Assembly (NCBI GenBank): GCA_002633005.1
Contig: NMRA01000012.1
Location: 310,001 to 374,000, forward strand
Origin: Phoronis australis
Taxonomy: Eukaryota; Animalia; Phoronida
Direction of reading: 5' to 3'
Length of the DNA stretch: 64,000 nucleotides
How positions within the stretch are numbered: position 1 is the first letter of the stretch; each line of letters opens with the position of its first letter. The position numbers were made by a program, and so were the translations under genes. Positions 27,988 to 39,900 of the stretch are shown here, piece by piece. Under the pieces are notes generated by a model that searched no databases, was not told the origin of the DNA, and worked only from the letters and a program-made list of their open reading frames with translations.

Positions 27988-30900
27988 GTATGTGTTAAGT
28001 TGTGTCATGTAAACTGTTGACAAATTTGACAGTTAGCCCTAAGCACAAGTTGGTGACCTCATTTGATTATCACATTCAACTGTTTCTGGACACTGTGCTC
28101 TGTTCTTCATCATAGTTCAAATGAATGCATTTCCTTGAAATCCATCTGAATGGCAAATCTCCTTTAGTATTCCCCGTTCCTACTGTAGAATCGTATTTTA
28201 AAACCTCTGCTATGCCACACTGTCTTGGTAAGTAGTACAAACAGCCACCGACATCAACCTCTATGCCTGTGTTATTTTGCCACTTCGACCTACCACTGTT
28301 AGGGTCTTATCACACTAGGTTTGTTTTGAAAAGTTCATGTTTTGAGCCCATTGCAACAATTTTTATGAAAAGAATGCTGACGATAAACCACTTTGCTCTT
28401 CGTCAGTTTGTGTTTTGCCCAGTCAGTTCTACCTTGGTTTCTTTCCCATTTTTGAGATTGTACTGAGACCTGCCATGGTGTGACAGTGCCCCAAGTAACA
28501 CAATTGAAATGTGGAAGACCTATTTAAATCTGTTTTGACCTGAGGCTGGAAGAAGCTTGTTACGGTAATCAAGATATGCTGTACAAAATCTAATTAAGGA
28601 GTCATTTACTCAATTATTTTAAAACCCAAATCCATTTCACTTGGGAATCATTATGGTCATGAGAACTTTATTATCCATCGCTCAATGTCTACAAGTAATT
28701 GGATAAAAGAAGATAAATTAGGCGATACCCGACGAGCCATAATATCTTCGACGCCTTTTTGTATTAATGTTGGATTATTGCTAGGTACGTATATTACAAA
28801 GCATAAATAAATGTACCGAATAAGGGGGTTTTAATTGAATTGTATAGGTATTATTGGAAATGGATTGTTACAAAGCCTTTTAAAATCTGAGCATTTTGAA
28901 CTCTGACTTAAAGGATTTATGCATCATGTTGTGTATCAAGTGTTGCAGGTTCATTATTTTAAACATGGCCCTCATTTCCACTAACAGTATGATGAGGAAG
29001 GAGGCTTCATCAACGAATTTATCAGTTACTTCCTGTGAAAATAAATTTAAGTTTTTGCATTTCATAGTTATCACCCCTATCATCAAATGACTTCTCACAC
29101 AATTGTCTCGCACTCCTAAAATGCACGCCTTGCCAAAATCACCTTGTCACCTTATTTCCTCATTCACTGACTTTGTTTGGAGCAGAGGCTACAACATATG
29201 TGTAACTCCTGTGCCATATAGCACTGAACAAATGTCCATCTTGCTATAACTTTGCAGGCAATGTTACACACTCAGGATACGTTGAGGAAGGACATCAGTG
29301 GCTTCCGCTTCAACCTTGGATTTTCTGGCAAGTTCTTTCATAAAGGCACACCTGAAGAAAATAATGGGGACGACATGCTCCTTGGTGAGTTGTTCTAGCT
29401 CTTCAAGCTCATGTAAAGGCATTATGGTTTACATGTAACTTAGCGACATAAAACCCTCTGTGACCAGATGTGTCTCTGAGATTTTTTCACTGTAGAGCAA
29501 AAGGGAACTTGATTGTCTAGACAACTTCCGGGTTAGTGACCACAGATACCAAATGTCTGAGGAAATTTTCCCGCGGAATTACCTATGAGGCATTCTGTAA
29601 CATGACTGCAAGTCCATATTCAAAGTATTTGACGCTGTTCAATTAATTCCTGAAGACTTAAAACCAAGTGTTATTTTTCAGCTTTTTGCATTGAATTCCT
29701 TGTTTAACATTTGTAAACGTTTTTGTTGATGTCCTCTCATATCACATTTAACTTCTTTTTGTTAACATAACTGTTATGAAAGTTATTGTAAACTGTTGTT
29801 ATTGTTAATATTTGAATTTCTTTACACTAATACCTTATTCATCTGTGTTATAGCACATATTGATTTAACGCTAACAAGTTTATCCTTAGTTTACAGTAAA
29901 ATCTCATCAATTTCGAAAGCAATATGGCTGACTTGTGAAACTGAATTGTATCACATATGTAGCACTAAGTTAAAGGCTTTTCCACTTTCAGCTTTTGTAT
30001 CACAGACACCATCTGACAGTTTTGAAAAATTGTGGGCATCCACAATAATGTTAAAAACCCTTGAGAAAGGAAAAATGACATTTTTAGCTATTACTTTTGT
30101 CTGAAATTGATGAGATTTTGCAGTAAAAAGTTGAGACGTTTAGTGTCTTAAAGCACTTATTCTTTACCAGTTCACATTTTACTGCTCAAAATCCATAAAA
30201 CTGGCGTGCTTGCAACTCATGAGCAAGCGATTGTTGTGTGAACAGTTGTTACTGCAAGGGTCTCGGATTTTGAGAACCAGTTTGCTACTTGTTATTCAAT
30301 GGAGAAAATTGGTTCACAAAATGCAGGACCTCTGAAAGTGGCTATTACCGTACTTTGCCAATTTTTGTTTGACTAGTGCATGTAAAATGAATTTCACAAA
30401 TTTTATACTGTACCTCCTGGTCGATAAGCTGCATTCCAGTTCAGGTGAACACTCATCGCGACTCAACTTTTAAGTGCCCAATTTCGGCTCAACACACATT
30501 GCCTGAATTTTTCAGTTTTGTGATTTAAAATTTTCACCAGCATTAACCTGGACGAGTAGGTTAGATCAAAGACTAATTTGCAGCCAGTCCTGACTAAATG
30601 TATTTGTGTGTTTTATTCAATTCAGTGTGTCTGTGGATTCTTGATTAAAGTCTTGTTGATTGTTTTGTTACAGTCGTTTATCATGTATTCTGGTGTGCAA
30701 TGTCTCCTCGTCTCAAGACCTGTCTTTCTTTACACTAACCATTTCAGATCAATTCTCCAATTTAATCAAAGAGATGTGATTACTGTTAAATAATTTATAA
30801 ACAACTTCTAATGCATGCGCCAAAGTGGTTATATTTTCCTGGTGTGAATGCTTTACCATCATGCCATGTTCATGCAGTGTTTGCTTTTAAATGTTTTATG

Positions 30901-33900
30901 AGTGTGGTGGTCTGAAACGCTGAGAGAAAGCTTAATGCGTTTGCTGGACCCTCGATGCCTCCATTTGGGGCTAAATATTGTCCTCGTTTCCCTTTGAAAA
31001 ATTTAGAAATCTTACAAATACCCCTTGTTAGGCCAAAAAATTCCCCTCGAGTGATTAAAAAATTCCCCTTGAGTTTAGAATAACTTGTAATTCACACAAG
31101 CGACGATTTGAAAGAGTACAAAATGTTTGTTTTGAGCAAAGCTGATGAAGGGTGGTACCATGCGGGAGGTGTTGTGGGCGGTTGGGGCGTACTATTGATG
31201 GTGATCAGGGGGATAATTTTCTCCTCACCCGAAAAAAATCCCCCTCCGAGGCCACAGGCACTTTTCCTTTAGTTGAGCGAGGGCCCTGGTTAGTCAGCAT
31301 TTATTTAATTTGCAAGTTAGTCTAAGGTAATTGTCAACCTTTGATTTATTTTTCATAAATTAAGAGTAGAATTCATGAATAATCATGAATTATATCTATT
31401 ATTTTTTCAAACAATGGTGATGTCTGGCCTCAAAAATGAAGACTTGCACCGACATTTACTGAGGGACTTTGAGAGCTGATATATCTGTAAATTAATTATC
31501 AGAAAGACGATTTACTTTGTAATGACAGTGAGAAAGGTTTTTTATATAGTTTGAAAACAAATTAAACACAAAGCTGCACACACTTGGGATTTTTAGAAAT
31601 TAATGTTGAAAGCAGACAAATGAGTGGCAGAGGATTCAGAAAGCATATTTACTTTCAAGTTTTGACTGTGGACAGTTAGAAGTAATTTGATAAAATGCGA
31701 AAGTATTTCAGGAAGGTTGCCAATTACCTTAGGATTGCTCTTGCTCTTTACATGTGAAAGGGATTCTGTATTCCTCAGTCAGACCATATGTATGTGTTTC
31801 AGTCATAACAAGTACATCATCTTCAGGAAGCTTCCTGGAAACAATTTACTGTTAATGAATTTCGAAAACTTATTGACCTAGTTTTGATTAATATTATCGA
31901 AAAAACAACTTTTCTGCTATGATAAGTGTAAGAGTGAATGGTTTGGGCCTAGGGTATGGCATGTTTGGAGAAAACGTACAAGTTTCTGCTTGAATCGGAT
32001 GGCCTGATTGATAGATTTTTGAGTCTCAGTCGAGTTTGATTTCGGAAATCAGTCTGTACTAGATTGCATTCACTAAAAAGTGTAAAGATTGCTAAGAGAA
32101 CTTCCTGATGATGACAAAAAATCTGAATCTGATGTATTTATTTTTGAATTCCTGTTTCTGTTATCCGTTTTTGGAGATCGCTTTTCATTTCTGTTTGGGG
32201 TGGCTCATGCTACAAGTTGAGAGCCATGGTAACACTGTCTTGGCAATTGTCCAGAATGAAAAAGTTCGTAGAAAGCATGTAGAATTTGGTTTTTGTCTTT
32301 ATACCAATCTGGGTCATATGACCGTGTATTTTTATTAAAACTGAGGGTAGAAGAAGAAGAAAGGTACATCCACATGTAAATAATGGTGTCAAGAGCAGAT
32401 ACAAATTTTGATCGATATAAATGTTTAAGATGTTACAGTTTTTGAAATTATCATTTCGTTTGCTTTACATGCAACTTGTGTGCTTTTTCTTAAAAATTAA
32501 AAAGTCACATTCTTTGACAGGGAATGCGATTACCCATTTTAGAGATATGATGTTTGGAAGTTTGCCAAATTCGGCCATTTTTCAAGGACCCTACATAACC
32601 TTATCTGCAAACGTAAACGGCATGCTCAGTAACTTTTTCCCAGGTGTCTGTGCTCACCATGGCTGTCTATGATTGCTTTAGCCCAACTGAGTGTATTCTC
32701 TCATTTTTTGATCATGTTAGATGTGGTTCTCCCATCTTTGACCCTCAGTGTCACTGTTTCCTGTATTGGCCTCGTTATGTTTTATGCCCAGACTGACATG
32801 GCTGTACATACTGGGCTTACTCTACCACTGTTGGATTGGAAATAATAAAATTTGACAACATAGGTTTGTGTGGTGTTGTGATGGCCACTACACACAAACA
32901 CACCAAATGAAGTCCTGAAAATGAAGTGTTATGCTGGGATGTGTCGATATTCTCTGCCTTTGAAGTTTTGAATTTTCTGGATGTGAGGTGGTTAAATTTA
33001 GGAATTTAGAATAACCGACTAATGAGGATTTAGGAATATTATTTGAACAGTGTTTTCACTGGATGACCACTTCACATCTGTCAAAGCAAAGTTGGTAAGG
33101 TCAAATTTGAAAACCTATTCATTGGCAATGAAATAAATCAAGGGGTAGAAACAACACAGCTGATGCATTCATGAACATTATAGTTCTTCATTTATGAACA
33201 CTGTTTACGGCCATAGTAAATTCTGTTCAGCGACTGACAAACGAGCTTAGTAACTGCCCAACACTGTACTCAAGCATGGTGTTTTTGTACTGGGTGCGCA
33301 TGGATATCACAATTTGTGGGTCAGGTACTAGCACCATATTTAACTGTTGTTCAACCATGTTTGTGAGTCTGGGAATGAGTTTATGGATTGTTGTTTATCG
33401 GGACCTTGAGCCATGTTTGTAAATGAGGAAGTATGTTCATTAGTGCGACAGCTGTTTCATTTCCACACCCTGTAATGTAGATTCATTTTTAACTTGATAA
33501 TGAATTAAAGCAGTGTTGTTTGTTGAACATGAATTGGCCATTTGTATCAAGATTTTATCAAGTTCTCATTTGTGCAGGAAAATTGACTAAACTTAAAGGG
33601 CATGTGAATGTTGGTCACATAATCGAATAAATCAGTTGTATGAATTGAACATGAAAAGGGAATACACTCACTGGCTCTGGCTCGTATCTAGCGCATGCTT
33701 TATTGCTTCTGTTTCTTACAGAGAACAAACACAAGTTCTGGTGGTTCTGTCACATGTGGCGACACACGCAGCCCCACCTGGTGACCAATCTTACAGCTTT
33801 CTTCATTGAGATGCGGAACAATTATGAGTTTGCTAAGGTAATTCCACGCAGCCGCTGGGTTGATGTTGATGTTGATGTTGATGTTGATGCACCGAGCATG

Positions 33901-36900
33901 CTTGATGATGGCGTACTGGGCTTGCTTGATGGTGTCAAAAGTCCAATTCTCTTGCATTATTTCTACCTTTTCTTTAAACATTTCCTTTGTTTGTAGTGGT
34001 TGGTCATGGTGGCTGAACTATGAACGGACTGGGTTTGTCTTGTGAAAAGTTTTGTGTAGGAAACATTTTATGTTTTGTGCTTTTACGCTTGGTGAAGAAA
34101 ATTTTGCAGCTCTCCATGTGGTGTTGCTGTGGGCAAAGCACGTGTGCATGACGGGTAAAACTTTTCTCTGTGAAAGATTACTTAAGATTTTCTGAGAAGT
34201 CATAGTTCAGTCACCATTGTTTTGCATGCTATCTTATCTGAAACTCTCTATCCTTCACCTTTGCTCTGAAACAGGTAAGTTTTTACGCACTACCCTATGT
34301 CACTCTGACTGGCATGTTGTAGCATCTTGACATATGATGACCTTAATTTCGATTCATTGGCCAATTCATCCTGTAATTCTAAATTTAGTTGCAAGAGAAA
34401 GTATTTTTGTTTGGATTAGCATCAGAACTGGGATATTAATTAGAAATTGTCAGATGCTAAGGCAGGCACGAGGGGTGTCATTTGGTGTGTCTTCTAAGGT
34501 AGAGGTTAGCTTTCAGGTTGCTGAGGAAACCTCTCCCCGTCCAGGACTTACAGGGATCAGCGAAACATGACCCACTTTTTGTGGTGTTGTCGTCTCATGT
34601 TTTGTCATTTTCTTCGTAGAGTACAAACACCACTTCTGGTGGTTTGGTCACACCTGGACGCACGCCCAGGCGCATACATTCCTTGGCAACGAGTCATGGC
34701 TTTATAATGAAATGTTAACCAATAAAAACTTTTCTGAGGTAAGACATGGGCTAGTCATCAGCTGGTGGGAGGGTGTTCAGGTACCATATGGTTCAAAATG
34801 TCCTATTTGTTACTTAACAAAGTTAAATTTGTTATCTCCTGAAGTTTTCTTCCTTGTTTCTTTTTATCCCCGGGTTGTGGTAATGGCAATCGTCATTCTG
34901 CCTGTGTACTATGTCCACAGAGAATTGTACTCTTCTGTGCAGAGGGTTTTTCTACATTTTTAAGCATAGCTCAACCTAAACTCTCTTTTGCAATTTGAAG
35001 ACTCCTACAGATCATCTGAAGCCGAAGTGCTGGTGTGTCGGCATTGGCAGAGATTGTTGTCACGTGGGTTGTGACATAATTTCTTTGGTTGATGATGTAA
35101 AACATTGTTCCAAACAGATGATAGATTATATCTAAGTCCTTGCAACACTGTCGCCCTACCTATGGAGATAACAATGTCTCAGCAGTGTTTAGTTACCTTC
35201 GCGGATCAGACCATGATTTTTATGTAAAATGTGGTGATCCTTTATACTGAGGAGGATTGGTTTTCCCGTGGTGTTAGAGAGGCGATCCACGAGAGAATTG
35301 AGTTCCCTAGCCTCAACAGACACGGAGGACTTAGATATGATCTGTCAACTGTTTGGAACAATGTATTATATCACCAACCAAAGAAATTGTGTCATAACCC
35401 ACGTGTCGACAATCTCCGCCAATGCCGACATGCCAGCACACCAGCTTTAGGTGATCTGTGGAAGTCTCCGAGATGGGGACGCTACGTTATCATTTATATA
35501 AAGTAAGTCCAGAAATTGATTTGTTTTGCATTATGCGATAACTGGATGAGTAAGATATATTCAATTATTTCAAAATTTATGCTTTTGGAATGAAACAGTG
35601 CATATTGTTGGCATTTTGCAAAGTGACCGTGTTTTCTGTAAATCTTGATTTTCTCCCACCCATGTATGGAAATACTCTTCCACGACTGACTTCTACTTCT
35701 CAAATAAAAACCTAATAAGTAAGCTTGCAGAGTACCATATGCATATTGTTGGCACTTTGACTTGACACAGTATTTTCCTAAATTTTAGCCTGTTGTTGAT
35801 TTTCACACATCCATGCAGGAATGCACATGACCCTCAGTGAGGGACATTGTTGTCTGTGACTGCCTTGTTTGTTTTGATTACGCAATGGCCTCATATGTAA
35901 TCCAATTGGCATGAAATGTGCAGGTATTATGTGTCATGTCAACAGCTCAAAGCCTATCATTTTTGTGGAATTCCACCTTGAATTGATGTTGTGACAACCT
36001 ATTATTGACTTTGCAGAATCGAACTACACAGTCTGCAACTTTTGTAAGAAGGGTATACCCGTTTTTTATCGTTTTCAATTTATTTGAGATTTACCAGTAG
36101 CTGCTCTTTTGTTGTCTGACAAATTTTTCGCTCCATTTACCATGTGTTGTATAAGTCTATGTTTCTTAGTCATTTTTGTCATCGTTCATCATCAGTTTTC
36201 ATCATTGGGGTAATCGTCATTGTCTTTTTATCATTTTGTCATTCAGTTTTGCCAAGAGTCACTCTCTGTAGCACTTTTGTTTTCTTTTTAATTTACTGGC
36301 CAAAAGTGGATGCGCTTCTAATTTAGTTTCAATTATGACTTTATTGTATCAGAAAATGCAGTTTTTTTCTATGATATTGTTCAACAGATGTCTGTCATGG
36401 GTGATTGACAGTTACATTTGCTCATTTGGTTGTGATGTCTGTAAGCTACTAAAGCACTAAAAATACCACCTCGCAATAATTGATTTTAACTTTGTGAAAA
36501 CTGGCTTATTCGTGTTGGAAACTTCCTCCCGTGTGATTTTTAAAATCATGAGAGTGAAACCTTTGTCCAATCTGAGTCATACATAATTCCCAGGATACCA
36601 GTGCACGGATATGTTGGATATTACTATTGTCAGATATTAGCAACATGCATGGGTGGGTTTCAATTGGTTGTCGCTTCTCAGACTGAAGACCTGTCTCTTC
36701 AATTGCTTTGGCATTCACGCTTCAGTTGTTGAGAGCGACTTGCAAACTTTCCGCTATTTCCGAGTCTGGTGAAACTAATCTTTTACGATGGTGCGACTAA
36801 ATAAAATTACAGTAATTTTCCACTTATTTCGCACAAACGTAATAGCCACAATGGTCGTTTCTTGATTTTTTAAAGGCTGAGTTACAGATGATGAAAAATT

Positions 36901-39900
36901 TACAAAGTATTGTTTTTAATTATCACATTTGTTAGACTGTACACTATGCTTTCAATTAAATGAAACTTTATTAATGCTCTGATGGCCCCCATAGAAAGAA
37001 GTGTGAACTGATGGGGCTACCCTCATTGTAAATATTACTTTAAATAAATAAATTGTTGAGAAATATGACATAATATGTATCTATGCATCAACCATATTAT
37101 GTGCTAAGTATGTGAATAGTTACCAATTATCAATAACCTAAAGATTAGTCATTTAGATGTTTGAAAACAATCATGTTTACACATGTAAACAATCATGTTT
37201 ACACATGTAAACAATCATGTTTACACAATTTGTTACTATGCCGACTCCTTAATTTGATGGAAAACTGCAGACTTAAAATTTCAGCAACAAAACTTAATTT
37301 TACCTCATTACACATTTGCTACAGAAGGACCGGTAATACATGTCCACCAGACATGCCATTGCTTATTAACATAAAACACAGTTAAAGGAATTGTCTACTA
37401 CTCACACTAGGAGATTTCACGAATCAAAATATGAGTTTCGAGTGTCACCTAATGCTTATGTTTATGATTGAGTTTCAATTTGTATCTATAGCCTACGCCC
37501 ATGCCATGCACAGTTGGTGCCAGCGATTTCTAGTACACTTATTGAGTCTTTCACGACATCCACTCTCATAATTACTCCATGGGTTCAAACTCGTCAGAAA
37601 ACCATTTTTAAAGGGGCATTTCATGGCTGCTTCTTCTTTTTTGTTCCCTTCCATGCAATTTAAGTCTTCAGTTTTTCTGGGCAAAGTCCTCCACCCATCG
37701 GAGTAACGATGGACCCTACAGCACCTCAGGCCGAGGATCCGGTGCCACCTCCGTCTGAAGAACCACAGGACGAGCACCATACCATTGGATATCCGTTTAC
37801 ATAGCCATGATGTGTAGAATGCATGCGTGTCTGTGGGATGGGTAAAATGGCCATAGAAGGTCCTCTCTTGTCCTAAGTGAACATGCTCCATCTTCATGGC
37901 AGCTAACAGTTTTGTTTCACCGTATATTTCTAAGCTGGTTGCCTTCTATGGCTGATGAGCCCAGACTGGCCATGTTTAATCTGCGAGTTGTCCTTCTCGA
38001 ACCTGACTTGCTGCCCAGTAGTGTTTTTACATGGTAAGGGAGTTGGTCTTACACCCAACCCTAGTGTGGCCCTCAGGAGTTATAGCATGTATGTTGTCTT
38101 AATATCAACCTTTCGACCTGCCCAACATAGATGACCCTACCAGGAGTTTGTAAGCTCCCACTGGTAAAACTCTAGAGGTCACAGAGATATGCAACCTGTT
38201 CCACGATAAGGCATACAACCCAGGAACAGAGTGGATGTTTAACTGTCAATGTTTAATTCCTAAGTGATGTGCATTAGACTATAAAAATATTATTACCATA
38301 TTCATCATGTTGCACAAGAGAGTTGCAGCCTCCACTGCGATCACCACCAACTCTACCCTCTGGCCTCTCTACCAACTCCCCCCACCCGGCCCCCCAGTCA
38401 TCAGCAATTTCTGATTCCCCCCAGTCGTCACCAATTCAACCCTCTGGTCATCTTTGATACTCTGCTGTCTGAATTTTTTCTTGTTTTGTTGAATTTTCCT
38501 TAGTTTTTGCTTGAATCTGGGGTGCAGCCAATATTGCCCTCTAACTTTGACCAGAGCTATGAAACAACAAAATATGTTGTGCTTTTATAATTTTCTTACC
38601 AACTGCCAATTCTACATGTCTGCCAGACATTCTCTAAAATCACGGTTGACGACTTTTCCAGTTAGATGCACTTTAAGTACTCGACCATTTGTCTAGTGAG
38701 GTTTATCTCCACCCATAGAGGGCTTGATTACGACAGCGGGAGTTGCTTGTTTAAGTATGCACTGAGTCTGATTTTGGAAAATCACTTTTCTTGCCCGATA
38801 ATGTCCCTTTAAGGACTGTAGTTGAGATTACTGCCTCCATTGTGGATGTAGTGCTGGTGTGTCTTCCTTGTTTTATCTACACACATCTTCAGCTTTTTGC
38901 TGTCCATGATAGCACTGTTTTCTTTCCTGGACAATGATTGGCCTGTAATGAACCTACTTATGTGGTTTGGGACCTCACACATTTTGTAGTGGAATTTCTT
39001 GACAGACATATTGCCTTTGTGATTAGACTAATCACACTGTAAGTGGTATCGGAATATGACACCTTGGCATCACTCACTCTCTGGGTTGGTTTTACCTTGA
39101 ATTGCCCATTCTGAATTCATGTGTTTTAATAATAATCACTGTGTCAGAAATCCTGTCATTTTAATCTAGGTGGAAGGCTACTCTGTTACAGTCTATTCTA
39201 AAAACTGAATCGTTATTCTTGTGGGTGGTCCTTTAAACTGGCTCTTTTTGTGGAGGAGTCTTAAATCCAGTACCAGCAAGACATTTGATATATGTATATG
39301 TTGCTCTTTGGAGTGCTGCAGCTGCAGAGAAATGCAATATCCACTTGACCTGACTTGAATAAAAATAACACTGGTTGTGCTTAATGATAGGTGGGTGAGC
39401 ACTGCTCTTCTCCAATAACTGTCTGCCATTGGTTAATAAACTATTCCCTGCAACTATAACCTCACTAAGTAATGTGTGAAATACTGGGTTATTTGGTGTA
39501 ATATAATGAATGCAGATGTTATTTATCTTAGCTGGGTGGCCCTCCATAAGGCTCTTTCATACTGACTTAACTCTGGTCTGAGTGGATAGTTGACATAAAC
39601 TGTGGTAGTTAACAGACTTCAAAATAAACAGTAGGTCAGGCTGTTGTCATGAAGTAATCGCAAGGTAGCGTGCACGCTAAGATTTTTTTGATATGACAAT
39701 TTGGGAACATTTACATGTGCTAATTGACATAAAACTTATTTTTACTTGGATTGGTGATTATTCGAGCAAAATATAAGCAACTATTAGTGATGATACTACC
39801 CTTTAATTGTTGACGATAACAGTGGCACCTGGCAATAACTTCGATGGGACCAAAGTTGACCGTTCATACTCTACCGCAGCGTCGAAGCTCCACTGTTAAA

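Noticed and set aside
32718-32745. MWFSHL* resembling a third copy of exon 3
   Set aside because: Only a few residues match, an immediate stop follows and there is no further similarity.
33722-34738. Exons 3a/3b as an assembly artefact
   Set aside because: No gap nearby, only about 42% amino acid identity and dissimilar flanks, unlike the near-identical gap-flanking duplicates.
37950-37975. Hammerhead-like CTGATGAG-CCCAGACTGG
   Set aside because: The required GAAA core and stem III are missing.
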